This document shows, piece after piece, positions 1 through 10,840 of a stretch of DNA of 64,000 nucleotides. The stretch's first letter is position 1; each line of letters opens with the position of its first letter. Location of the stretch: contig JBBTQX010000008.1 of the NCBI GenBank assembly GCA_038065455.1, positions 32,313-96,312 on the forward strand, in the 5' to 3' direction. The notes beneath the pieces were generated by a model, which was given only the letters and a program-made list of their open reading frames with translations, was not told the DNA's origin and ran no database searches. The DNA is from Patescibacteria group bacterium. GTDB taxonomy: Bacteria; Patescibacteriota; Minisyncoccia; UBA6257; GWB1-50-10. The translations under genes and the position numbers were made by a program.

Positions 1-282
1 GAAGGTGGTCACCTCCACGATTTTCAGCTTCTCATCCTTGGAATCGGTTTTTACGCCTACTGTGCCAAAACTGTTCTCATAAACGCTGTCGGAAAATATT
101 TTTTGCACCTCCGCCGGCGTCGCATCCGTCGCGATATCCCAATCCTTTGGTTCGACAAGCTCACCATGAACGGTTCTACGCAAAAGGTCGCGCACGCAGC
201 CGCCCACCAGATAGGCCTGGTGGCCGTTTTTTTCCAGCTCTTTGGCGATGGTTTTCGCTTCCTTGGGAATCTTCAGCTCCAT
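1..282 (-). CDS. cca: CCA-adding enzyme / poly(A) polymerase family nucleotidyltransferase, N-terminal part (runs off the window)
   Basis: Manual translation MELKIPKEAK...AYLVGGCVRDLL...PKDWDIATDATP...FGTVGV...VEVTTF, the class II NTase head motif; not in the ORF track. Confidence 0.9.
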   Translation of the reverse strand, partial: MELKIPKEAKTIAKELEKNGHQAYLVGGCVRDLLRRTVHGELVEPKDWDIATDATPAEVQKIFSDSVYENSFGTVGVKTDSKDEKLKIVEVTTF

Positions 283-366
283 ACATCCATTCTAAGCGAC
301 CTTGAAAGATTTTCCCAATGGGCGGTTTATATTTTTTTAAAGCCGGGATACAATCATTATTGAAAC

Positions 367-438
367 GCCCTCATGGTGAAATGGATATCACGTCAGGCTT
401 CGAACCTGAAACTCTAGGTTCAATTCCTAGTGAGGGCA
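367..438 (+). tRNA. tRNA-Arg(TCG)
   Basis: Cloverleaf with GCCCTCA/TGAGGGC acceptor, anticodon arm TCAGG-CT TCG AA-CCTGA, T-loop GGTTCAATTCC. Confidence 0.93.
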
Positions 439-468
439 CACTTCGAAAATCTCAGTGCGGGCAAAACA

Positions 469-711
469 ATGAAGTTACCGAAAACATCAAATCTTTCCGT
501 CCACAAAGCAAGAAATGGTCTTGGGGTATTTACAAGAAGACAATTCAATAGTGGAACTATAAAAATACGCGTTAGCAAAAGAACAGATATGAGACACAGG
601 ATTTTTGGATGGATAAAAGCGTCTTTACAAGACATGAAACCGAAAGTAGAATTAAAACAAAATAAATGGATGAGGCTGACTGAGAATCAGCGTCCTCCTG
701 CAAATTTATAG
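469..711 (+). CDS. Small hypothetical, possibly chimeric remnant between two tRNAs
   Basis: 80-aa ORF from ATG 469; the stop TAG overlaps the first base of tRNA-Lys. Confidence 0.35.
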   Translation: MKLPKTSNLSVHKARNGLGVFTRRQFNSGTIKIRVSKRTDMRHRIFGWIKASLQDMKPKVELKQNKWMRLTENQRPPANL

Positions 712-783
712 CCCTCATAGCTCAGTTGGTAGAGCAGCTGCCTCTTAAGCAAATGGTCCCAGGTTCGAATCCTGGTGGGGGCA
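711..783 (+). tRNA. tRNA-Lys(CTT)
   Basis: GCCCTCA-TAGCTCAGTTGGTAGAGC, loop CT CTT AA, GGTTCGAATCC; anticodon stem partly mismatched. Confidence 0.9.
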
Positions 784-786
784 CAA

Positions 787-1413
787 TCAGCCGCGAGGTT
801 TCTTCCACTCCGTAATCTTCCCCGCTTTTATTTCTATCTTATCCGCCGGACGGAGATCCCGAATCGTTTTTTTATCCAAGACACTGAAATGTTTTGAGGC
901 CATAAAGTCATCAAAGAGCTTCCATAAGTTCTTTTTTGAAACTAGCCAATCGCTCCCGTATTTGGACAAACCGAACGGGGCGGAGTAGCTCCGCATGGTC
1001 TTCTTGCCGCTGTCCAAGAAATATTCGTTGAAGTAGGACATCGCGAGCTCCCGAACGGAAGTATAGACCGGGTCGCGGTAACGCAAAACGGCATGATTGG
1101 TCTTGGTTAACGCGCCCCAACGACCTCTGCGTTTAAAGATCGCGAGAACGTGGCCGTAATCGTCATCCGTAGTCCTTAAATTCAAAAGAATAGGTGGTTC
1201 GCCGTTGTGCCACAAGACGGCCGCCGCCAAGAGCGCTCCCTCCATACAATGGGCTTCTTTATTCTTCAGAACCTGGAGCGGCGACCGGCACGTTCGCTTC
1301 CCCACCTCGAAGTTTATCGGAATTCCGTTGACGAAATCCTGGATTTTGGCAGGAGTATTCATTTTTTTAAAAACGGAGAATTCTTTTTTCAGCGAAATGG
1401 GAAACTTCTTCAT
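787..1413 (-). CDS. Conserved hypothetical protein, transglutaminase/papain-like (Cys-His)
   Basis: TPAKIQDF...SPLQVL..KEAHCMEGALLAAA...GHVLAIF...WGALTKTN; start placed at MKKF. Confidence 0.7.
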   Translation of the reverse strand: MKKFPISLKKEFSVFKKMNTPAKIQDFVNGIPINFEVGKRTCRSPLQVLKNKEAHCMEGALLAAAVLWHNGEPPILLNLRTTDDDYGHVLAIFKRRGRWGALTKTNHAVLRYRDPVYTSVRELAMSYFNEYFLDSGKKTMRSYSAPFGLSKYGSDWLVSKKNLWKLFDDFMASKHFSVLDKKTIRDLRPADKIEIKAGKITEWKKPRG

Positions 1414-1480
1414 ATAACAATGATAACAAAGCCGCGCTAAAGATGGGGAAAATACCAAAAATCGGGTATAATATGCGGCA

Positions 1481-3607
1481 ATGTTAGACTTTCACACGCC
1501 TCTCGCCGAAGTGAACGGCATCGGCCAGAATTTCATCGCGAAACTGAAGAGGATGGGCATTTCGACGGCGGGCGAACTTCTATCCCATTTTCCCGCTCGC
1601 TACGAAGATTTTTCGCAAATCTACAATATCGCCGATTTAATCCCCAATCAGGAAGCGACCATCCGGGGGCAAGTGGAAGAAATCGAGGGTCGCCGCGCCT
1701 GGCATCGCCGGAATCTCCACATCACCGAATGCCTTATTACCGACGATACCGGTTCCATTAAAGCCGTCTGGTTCAATCAACCCTATATCAAAAATACTCT
1801 TCAGCCGGGGCGTCTGGCGAATTTCTCGGGCAAAGTGTCGAAAAGCAAGGACGGAGATATCCATCTTTCAAGCCCCACTTACGAAGTGATAACCAATGAC
1901 CGAATGGACACAAAGCACACGGCGAGGATTGTCGGCATTTATCCCGAAACCCGCGGCCTCACTTCCAAAGGCATCCGTTATCTCATAAAACCCCTACTGG
2001 AAAACCTGGAAGAAATTCCCGACCCCTTGCCGAAAGATATTTTAAAAAAATGGGATTTAATCGGAATAAACCGCGCCTTCAGCCAAATCCATTTTCCCGA
2101 AAAATTGGAAGACGCGTTTGAGGCGAAAAAACGCTTTGCTTTCGAGGACTTATTCCTACTCCAGATTTACAACCTGAAACAGAAGAGTGCGCTTGCTCGG
2201 AAAAAAGCGCCCAGCGTGGCGACTGATATTCTTTTTATCAAAGATATCCTGAATCATCTTCCTTTTACCCTAACCCTTTCGCAGAAAAAATCTCTTTGGG
2301 AAATCGTTCAAGATACGGCGAAAGGCCAACCGATGAACCGCTTGCTTCAAGGAGACGTCGGCTCGGGAAAGACGGTGATAGCCGCGATTGCCGCTCTGAA
2401 TGCCGCTCATCAAAACTATCAAACGGCACTTATGGCGCCCACCGAAATACTCGCCCGCCAGCATTTCAATACCTTCATCAGATTTTTTCCGGAATTCGAC
2501 GGCGGCGTGGCGCTCATAACCGCAAGCAAACGGGAAGTCTTTTACGGCCACGGCCTCGCGGCCGAGCTCAAGAAAAAACAGGCCGAGGAAGAAGTTCGAA
2601 GCGGGAAAATAAAAATAATCGTCGGGACGCACGCGCTTATCCAAAAGGGGCTGGATTTCAAATCGCTGGCACTCGTTATCGTGGACGAACAGCACCGTTT
2701 CGGCGTAAACCAAAGAGCGGAGCTCCTGAATAGGAATGGGGCGTTAACACCCCATTTTCTCTCAATGTCCGCCACCCCCATTCCCCGCACTCTTTCCTTG
2801 ACCATCTTCGGCGACCTTGATCTCTCCATAATCACCGAGATGCCGAAAGATCGGAAGCCCATCGTCACCAAATCGGTTGATCCAAAAGAAAGAACGGCGA
2901 CCTACCAATTTATTCGCGGGGAGATCAAAAAAGGACGACAGGTTTTCGTTGTTTGCCCGCGCATCGAGCCGAACGAAAAGATTGAAGCTCCGATCACGAG
3001 ATTGGAGTGGCAAAAACTAGAGTTGAAATCCGTAAAAGAGGAGTACGAAAAATTATCGAAGAAGGTTTTCCCTGATCTCAAGATCCTCATGCTCCACGGC
3101 AAGATGAAGGCGACGGAGAAAGAAAAAGTGATGCGCGATTTTTTAGAAAAACGCGGCGATATTTTGGTAACGACATCCGTCGTCGAGGTCGGCGTGGATG
3201 TGCCGAACGCGACCGTCATGATGATTGAGGGCGCCGACCGTTTCGGCCTGGCCCAGCTTTACCAGTTCCGCGGCCGGGTCGGCCGGAGCGAGCACCAATC
3301 CTACTGCTTTCTCTTCACCGATTCATCGTCCAGAACCACCAAACAAAGAATGAAATCTATTGTTGAGGCTAAGAACGGCTTTGAATTGGCTGAAAAAGAC
3401 CTAAAAACACGGGGCCCCGGCGAGTTCTTCGGTCAGACCCAATCCGGAATGCCGGATCTGGCGATGATTGCCATCCAAAATCCGGAGATGGTTAAGGAAT
3501 CCCGGGAAGCGGCGGTTAGGATAATCAAAGCAGATCCGGCGCTAAAGAAAAATCCGGGGCTTGCCCGGAAGATGACTGAATTCCAAAAGCAAATTCACTG
3601 GGAGTAA
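1481..3607 (+). CDS. recG: ATP-dependent DNA helicase RecG
   Basis: Wedge OB domain, RLLQGDVGSGKT, DEQHRFGV, MSATPIPRTL, QFRGRVGR, TRGPGEFFG. Confidence 0.97.
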   Translation: MLDFHTPLAEVNGIGQNFIAKLKRMGISTAGELLSHFPARYEDFSQIYNIADLIPNQEATIRGQVEEIEGRRAWHRRNLHITECLITDDTGSIKAVWFNQPYIKNTLQPGRLANFSGKVSKSKDGDIHLSSPTYEVITNDRMDTKHTARIVGIYPETRGLTSKGIRYLIKPLLENLEEIPDPLPKDILKKWDLIGINRAFSQIHFPEKLEDAFEAKKRFAFEDLFLLQIYNLKQKSALARKKAPSVATDILFIKDILNHLPFTLTLSQKKSLWEIVQDTAKGQPMNRLLQGDVGSGKTVIAAIAALNAAHQNYQTALMAPTEILARQHFNTFIRFFPEFDGGVALITASKREVFYGHGLAAELKKKQAEEEVRSGKIKIIVGTHALIQKGLDFKSLALVIVDEQHRFGVNQRAELLNRNGALTPHFLSMSATPIPRTLSLTIFGDLDLSIITEMPKDRKPIVTKSVDPKERTATYQFIRGEIKKGRQVFVVCPRIEPNEKIEAPITRLEWQKLELKSVKEEYEKLSKKVFPDLKILMLHGKMKATEKEKVMRDFLEKRGDILVTTSVVEVGVDVPNATVMMIEGADRFGLAQLYQFRGRVGRSEHQSYCFLFTDSSSRTTKQRMKSIVEAKNGFELAEKDLKTRGPGEFFGQTQSGMPDLAMIAIQNPEMVKESREAAVRIIKADPALKKNPGLARKMTEFQKQIHWE

Positions 3608-3608
3608 T

Positions 3609-3640
3609 AATAGGTGGTGTCTTCAAAGACACCACCTATT
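3609..3640. terminator. Bidirectional hairpin terminator between recG and PheRS
   Basis: AATAGGTGGTGTC...GACACCACCTATT perfect stem between convergent genes. Confidence 0.8.
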
Positions 3641-3663
3641 TCATTATTCGGATTTATTTCAAT

Positions 3664-4803
3664 CTAACGGACTTCTGCCTTGAACTGCTTTTTCGTTTCT
3701 TCAATAATCTTGTTCTGAATGGGTGTAATTTCTTCCAGAGTCAGCGTGCGCTCGTTGGAACGATAAACAATGCGGTAGGTATAGCTCATCTTCCCCGCGC
3801 CGAATTTAGCCGCGTTCTCATATTTGTCCAAAAGCGAAACCTGCTCCACCAAATCGCCGCCGATGTCGCGAATGAGATCAAAATAATCGTTGGGAACGAA
3901 GCCGCTGTTTACGACAAATGAGATATCCCTCGTAATGGGCGGATACTTGCTGACCTCCGTGAATTTCTTGCCGAGTTGGAGCTGTTTCGTTATGCGGGGG
4001 TCTTCCGACCATAAGAGGCGTATATCTGGCAAACTCATACTCACTATCGCCAGGCGTTCCAAACCAAAGCCGAAAGCCCAGCCGGTATAATTGGACGAAT
4101 CAACCCCGAGCTTTTCGAGCACGCTGCCCTTTACCACGCCGCAGCCGACCACCTCCACCCATTTGCCTTCTATTTCAACCTCCATTTCCAAAGACGGTTC
4201 TGTGTAAGGGAAGGTGTCTTTGTTCAGGCGATATTTGACGTTCGGCCCGAATACCGCGATTGCGATATTGCCCAGAGCTTCCTCCAATTCTTTTATCCCT
4301 ATCGTTTTTAACGATTTGGGCGCCAGATACCAGCCGTCGATTTGGTGGAAAACGTTCATATGATTCCGGTCGATTTCATCCCGGCGATAAACTTTGCCGA
4401 AGCTGAAAGCGCCCACCGGCTCGTTTTTCGCAATTCGTTTTTTTATATCCTCGTCCAAAAGATAGTAGTACCACATAATCGTGGTGTGAGTGCGCAAAAT
4501 ATTCCTATCATCCACATAATACGTGTCCGAGCGGCTTCGGGCCGGATGATCGACAGGAAAATCGAACAAATCGAAGCTTATGCTCGCCGGCACGATTTCG
4601 GGAGTCTTGATTACATCCAAATCCTTGAAATACGGGCTTTTGAGTATCCGACTCACGATTTCGGCAATCGGATTCCCCTTCATCCGCGAAAGATCCGGCA
4701 TATCCATGAATCTTTTCATACGCAAACCGTCCGCATCCGTTCTTTTTTGGAGCTCGGCTATCAGCATTTTCTCTTCAAGCATATCAATTAATATTTCCGC
4801 CAT
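3664..4803 (-). CDS. pheS: Single-chain (organelle-type) phenylalanine-tRNA ligase: alpha catalytic domain plus FDX-ACB anticodon-binding domain
   Basis: DHPARSRSDTYY, LRTHTT, GKVYRRDEIDRNH..FHQ, FPYTEPSLE, GWAFGFGLERLA, then SKYPPITRDISF...SYTYRIVYRSNERTLT. Confidence 0.92.
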   Translation of the reverse strand: MAEILIDMLEEKMLIAELQKRTDADGLRMKRFMDMPDLSRMKGNPIAEIVSRILKSPYFKDLDVIKTPEIVPASISFDLFDFPVDHPARSRSDTYYVDDRNILRTHTTIMWYYYLLDEDIKKRIAKNEPVGAFSFGKVYRRDEIDRNHMNVFHQIDGWYLAPKSLKTIGIKELEEALGNIAIAVFGPNVKYRLNKDTFPYTEPSLEMEVEIEGKWVEVVGCGVVKGSVLEKLGVDSSNYTGWAFGFGLERLAIVSMSLPDIRLLWSEDPRITKQLQLGKKFTEVSKYPPITRDISFVVNSGFVPNDYFDLIRDIGGDLVEQVSLLDKYENAAKFGAGKMSYTYRIVYRSNERTLTLEEITPIQNKIIEETKKQFKAEVR

Positions 4804-4922
4804 AATTAAAACATCATACCAATTTTCTATCAAATATCAAACAACAAAAAATCTGCCGAAATGACAGACTTTTTGATTCTTGTTGCGGGGGCAGGATTTG
4901 AACCTGCAGCCTTCTGGTTATG

Positions 4923-5644
4923 CTTACCACTACAATTTTCATTGCTTCCATCCGTCAACTGACGAAGAATTTGTGGTCTGGACTATCCTTTGTTCCTAAA
5001 ATAGGAACCCTACCCTCTAGTCTCTACACCTTCTCTAACACAATGTCGGAGCTTGGCTCGGGATTGTCTGTCTCATTGCTGAGATTGGGATTTCCCCGAA
5101 TTTGGCAGGTTATCTTTCCAACAATTACTCATCGGAACGCCCTATGCATTTCATTTGAACACGAACTAATGGTATACTACCAGAAGATGCCTAAATCTCT
5201 CACACGAAGCGAAAGTGTTTATAAATTCCTTAATCCTAAAGGTGATCCGTTTTCCTATAGTCCGAAAAGTAATAGATCTCTCGAAATCATCGGATTAATT
5301 CTTTGGATAACAGAAGGTGATAAAACCCAACTTTCTCTTTCTAATGGTAATTTTTCGATTATCAAACAATACCTAACTTTTTTGAGAAAGGTATGCAAGT
5401 TAAAAGAAGAAAAAATCAAAGCTGTTATCCACTGTCATGATTCTTTATCTTACGAATCTTGTTTGTCTTATTGGTCAAAAATAACCAATATCCCAAAGAA
5501 CCGTTTTACCAAGCCATATATCAAAAAGGATCACGGTGGAGCCAGAAAATACCCCTATGGAATAATCAGGATTGCAGCAACTAATATGAAATTAATTCGT
5601 ATTTTTAATGAACGCTTGAAAGATTTCGGTCTTTCAAGAAGTTG
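4923..5644 (-). ncRNA. Group I self-splicing intron (IC3-like), 722 nt, inserted after U33
   Basis: Minus strand has P AAATTCGGGGAAA, Q AATCCCGAGCC, R GTAGAGACTAGA, S AAGGATAGTCC, P3 CCTGCC/GGTAGG, and terminal omega-G at 4923. Confidence 0.9.
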
Positions 5645-5645
5645 A
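5187..5645 (+). CDS. Intron-encoded LAGLIDADG-like putative homing endonuclease, antisense to the intron
   Basis: 152 aa from ATG 5187; IGLILWITEGDK helix motif, YWSKIT.IP...F.KPYI, YPYGIIRI; extended -10 TGGTATACT at 5170-5178. Confidence 0.65.
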   Translation: MPKSLTRSESVYKFLNPKGDPFSYSPKSNRSLEIIGLILWITEGDKTQLSLSNGNFSIIKQYLTFLRKVCKLKEEKIKAVIHCHDSLSYESCLSYWSKITNIPKNRFTKPYIKKDHGGARKYPYGIIRIAATNMKLIRIFNERLKDFGLSRS

Positions 5646-5768
5646 GCCAGACGAGCGACCGGGTTGCTCCTCCCCGCAAATGCATATTATCAAGAAAAAA
5701 CGGAAAATACAATTGTTTTAAAATCGTTGGCATTTATGGGATACTGTTTTATAATCAGCATCAGAAAT

Positions 5769-5840
5769 GGCTGGGTAGCTCAGTGGTAGAGCAGACGTTT
5801 CATAAGCGTCGGGTCGTGAGTCCGATTCTCACCTCAGCCA
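5769..5840 (+). tRNA. tRNA-Met(CAT), elongator type (Ile2 not excluded)
   Basis: GGCTGGG/CTCAGCC acceptor, GACGT-TT CAT AA-GCGTC; T-loop variant GTCCGATTC. Confidence 0.85.
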
Positions 5841-5887
5841 CAAAATAAAAAACGTCTCAATTTGCGAAACGTTTTTTTTGTTATTTT

Positions 5888-6289
5888 TTATTGAAGCGGA
5901 GCCGTTAACTCGGATGCCACTTGTTTTAGTATCATTTCCATTACATCCAGGGAAAACGGCTTAATGATAGCTCCGTTGAAAATCGGAGCAGGTTTCTTCA
6001 TCATCGGATGATTCTCGTCCGATGACATTGCGAATATTTTAACGAATGGGTTGTCGGCCCGGAGCTTGTCTATAACATACCAATTTCCAAGTTTAAGCTC
6101 GGGGCAAAGGTTCAAAAAAGCCACATCTATGAATCTGAAATTCCTTTTTAGACTTTCGTTGATCCAGACAATCTCTCCAACAGAGGAACAGGTATGGACT
6201 TCGCATCCGAGCTGTTTTTGAATGATTTCTTCCCAAGTTTCGACAAGTCCCCTATGCCTGTCAAAAAATAAAACTGTGAGCTTTTCCAT
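5888..6289 (-). CDS. Receiver (CheY-like) domain protein, atypical
   Basis: TVLFFD...IDVAFLN...KIFAMSS...IIKPFSLD; the phospho-acceptor Asp appears replaced by Asn. Confidence 0.6.
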   Translation of the reverse strand: MEKLTVLFFDRHRGLVETWEEIIQKQLGCEVHTCSSVGEIVWINESLKRNFRFIDVAFLNLCPELKLGNWYVIDKLRADNPFVKIFAMSSDENHPMMKKPAPIFNGAIIKPFSLDVMEMILKQVASELTAPLQ

Positions 6290-6448
6290 TTGACTTGACT
6301 CCTATTTAATTAATTGAAAGGTTGATTAAATAAATTGCTGATTTGATAATATGATGTAACTTGGGATAAAGTCAACTGGGCGATATTATCCCACATGGAT
6401 TACTTGCGGTACTTGGGAATTTAAAATAAACTAAAAAAACGATCGTTT

Positions 6449-6522
6449 GCGGGCGTAGCTCAGCTGGTTAGAGCGTCCCCCTGTCACGGGGAAGGTCGTG
6501 GGTTCGAGTCCCATCGCCCGCG
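6449..6522 (+). tRNA. tRNA-Asp(GTC)
   Basis: GCGGGCG/CGCCCGC acceptor, TCCCC-CT GTC AC-GGGGA. Confidence 0.95.
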
Positions 6523-6546
6523 CAAAGGACTCGAACGGAACTTTAT

Positions 6547-7998
6547 TTAGATTTTTTCGTATTGCTTCCCGATCCCGAAAATGTCCGCTTCGCGGAAGTG
6601 TTTGCCAATCAATTGAAAGCCAATCGGCAATTCTTTGCCGCCAATCTCGTATTTTTTGACCGGTATGGAAATGCCCGGCAGGCCGGCCAAATTCACCGGA
6701 ATCGTGAAAATATCCGAAAGATACATCGCAAGCGGATCGTCCGCTTTCTCCCCTATTTTGAAGGCACTTGTAGCCGTAACCGGAGTCAGAATAACATCCA
6801 CTTTTTTGAAAGCTTCATCAAAATCATTCCGAACCAATTGGCGAACTTTTTGCGCTTTGGCATAATAGGCGTCGTAATAGCCGGCCGAAAGAACAAACGT
6901 GCCCAATAAAATTCGCCGGCGAACCTCGGCACCAAAACGTTCGCCGCGATTTTTGAAATAAATCTCTTGAAGCATTGAGCGCCCGTTCTTGGATTCGGAA
7001 ATATCTTTTATCCGATCGTATCTAATACCGTCGAATCTCGCCAAATTTGCGCTCACTTCTGCCGGCATAATAATGTAATAAACCGATAGTGCGTACTTCG
7101 TATGAGGCAAACTGATTTCCTTGAATTTAAAACCTAATGTTTTCAGCTTGGCAATCGCTTCCTCCACGCCGTTTTTCACATCGGCGCTTAAACCGTCGAT
7201 AAAATATTCTTTCGGCAAGCCAATTCTCAATTCTTTTATCTTTTTCAAATCATTTTCGGGGAAAAAGTCTTTCTTGACGCTTGTCGCATCAAACGGATCT
7301 TCGCCACGGACGGCATCAAAGAGAATTTCCGCATCTTCAACGGTTTTGGCAAAAGGCCCGATTTGATCCAAACTGGAGGCCATTGCGATAAGACCGAACC
7401 TGGAAACGCTGCCATAGGTCGGTTTAAACCCCACCACCCCGCAGAAAGCCGCCGGTTCGCGGATAGAACCTCCGGTATCCGATCCAAAGGCACCTAGGGC
7501 GAAATTAGCCGCCACGGCGGCCACCGAGCCGCCCGAAGAACCGCCAGGCACCCTTTCCAAATCATAGGGATTGCGCGTCACGCCAAAGGCCGAATTTTCG
7601 GTCGAAGAACCCATTGCGAACTCATCCATATTTGTTTTGCCCAAGAATATCGCCCCTTCTTTTTTCAACTTCCCGACCACAGTCGCATCATAGCTGGAGA
7701 CATAATTTTCCAGGATTCTGGAGCCAGCGGTCGCCCGCGAACCTTCAATCAGCATATTGTCTTTTATGGCCAAAGGGACGCCGGACAAAATACTGATATT
7801 TTTGCCGGATGCTAAATCCAAATCCACTCTCTCGGCTTGTTCGACTGCTTCTTCTTCCAAAAGCGTAAGAAAAGAATGGATTTTGACGTCCTCTTTCTTT
7901 ATTTTATCGAAAAGCTCCCGGACAACTTCAAGTGCCTTGAATTCTCCATTCTTCAAGCTATCATGGAAACTTTTTATCGTTATGTCATTAAAATGCAT
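6547..7998 (-). CDS. gatA: Asp/Glu-tRNA amidotransferase subunit A
   Basis: Amidase signature GKTNMDEFAMGSSTE, PGGSSGGS, GSDTGGSIR, ANLARFDGIRY. Confidence 0.97.
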   Translation of the reverse strand: MHFNDITIKSFHDSLKNGEFKALEVVRELFDKIKKEDVKIHSFLTLLEEEAVEQAERVDLDLASGKNISILSGVPLAIKDNMLIEGSRATAGSRILENYVSSYDATVVGKLKKEGAIFLGKTNMDEFAMGSSTENSAFGVTRNPYDLERVPGGSSGGSVAAVAANFALGAFGSDTGGSIREPAAFCGVVGFKPTYGSVSRFGLIAMASSLDQIGPFAKTVEDAEILFDAVRGEDPFDATSVKKDFFPENDLKKIKELRIGLPKEYFIDGLSADVKNGVEEAIAKLKTLGFKFKEISLPHTKYALSVYYIIMPAEVSANLARFDGIRYDRIKDISESKNGRSMLQEIYFKNRGERFGAEVRRRILLGTFVLSAGYYDAYYAKAQKVRQLVRNDFDEAFKKVDVILTPVTATSAFKIGEKADDPLAMYLSDIFTIPVNLAGLPGISIPVKKYEIGGKELPIGFQLIGKHFREADIFGIGKQYEKI

Positions 7999-8007
7999 AT
8001 GGGTGCG

Positions 8008-8289
8008 TTAAAATACGGGCGGAACTTTGAGATATCCGCCGCTGTTTTCCGGAAAAGCTTCGATGGCTTTGTTTTTATCCACATTCAAATCCGCCGAGTC
8101 TTCTCTAAAAATATTTTCGGATGCCGTTCCTCCAGCCATCGGAACAATACCCTCGGTATTCGCTTCTTTCAGTTCTCCGAAATAATCGAGGATTTTATCC
8201 AAATCTTTGAGCAGTTTTTCTTCCCCTTTGCCGTCCAGATCCATTCGGGCCAATTCGGCCAATTTTTCCAAATCTTTCTTTTTAAGCAT
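8008..8289 (-). CDS. gatC: Asp/Glu-tRNA amidotransferase subunit C
   Basis: LAELARM...ILDYF..L.EANTEGIVP...YLKVP; upstream of gatA. Confidence 0.93.
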   Translation of the reverse strand: MLKKKDLEKLAELARMDLDGKGEEKLLKDLDKILDYFGELKEANTEGIVPMAGGTASENIFREDSADLNVDKNKAIEAFPENSGGYLKVPPVF

Positions 8290-8403
8290 TATAATTCGAT
8301 TATATCAGGAAAAAATTAGGATAGAAAACCGGAATGGATTGCGATGGGCCGGGAAGGTAAAAAGTGGGTAAGACTTGGCCTAGCGGCCCGGAGCGCACAC
8401 TTT

Positions 8404-10835
<2,432 letters not shown>

Positions 10836-10840
10836 TTTTA

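Larger units (their letters stand above)
4883..5678 (-). tRNA. Intron-containing tRNA-Met(CAT), probably initiator tRNA-fMet; exons 5645-5678 and 4883-4922
   Basis: Joined exons: TGCGGGGAGGAGCAACCCGGTCGCTCGTCTGGCT^CATAACCAGAAGGCTGCAGGTTCAAATCCTGCCCCCGCAA, close to the fMet consensus. Confidence 0.9.

Noticed and set aside
4920-5186. N-terminal 89 aa of the 241-aa ORF in the track
   Set aside because: It is the antisense of the intron catalytic core; the promoter-like box and ATG at 5187 give a better start.
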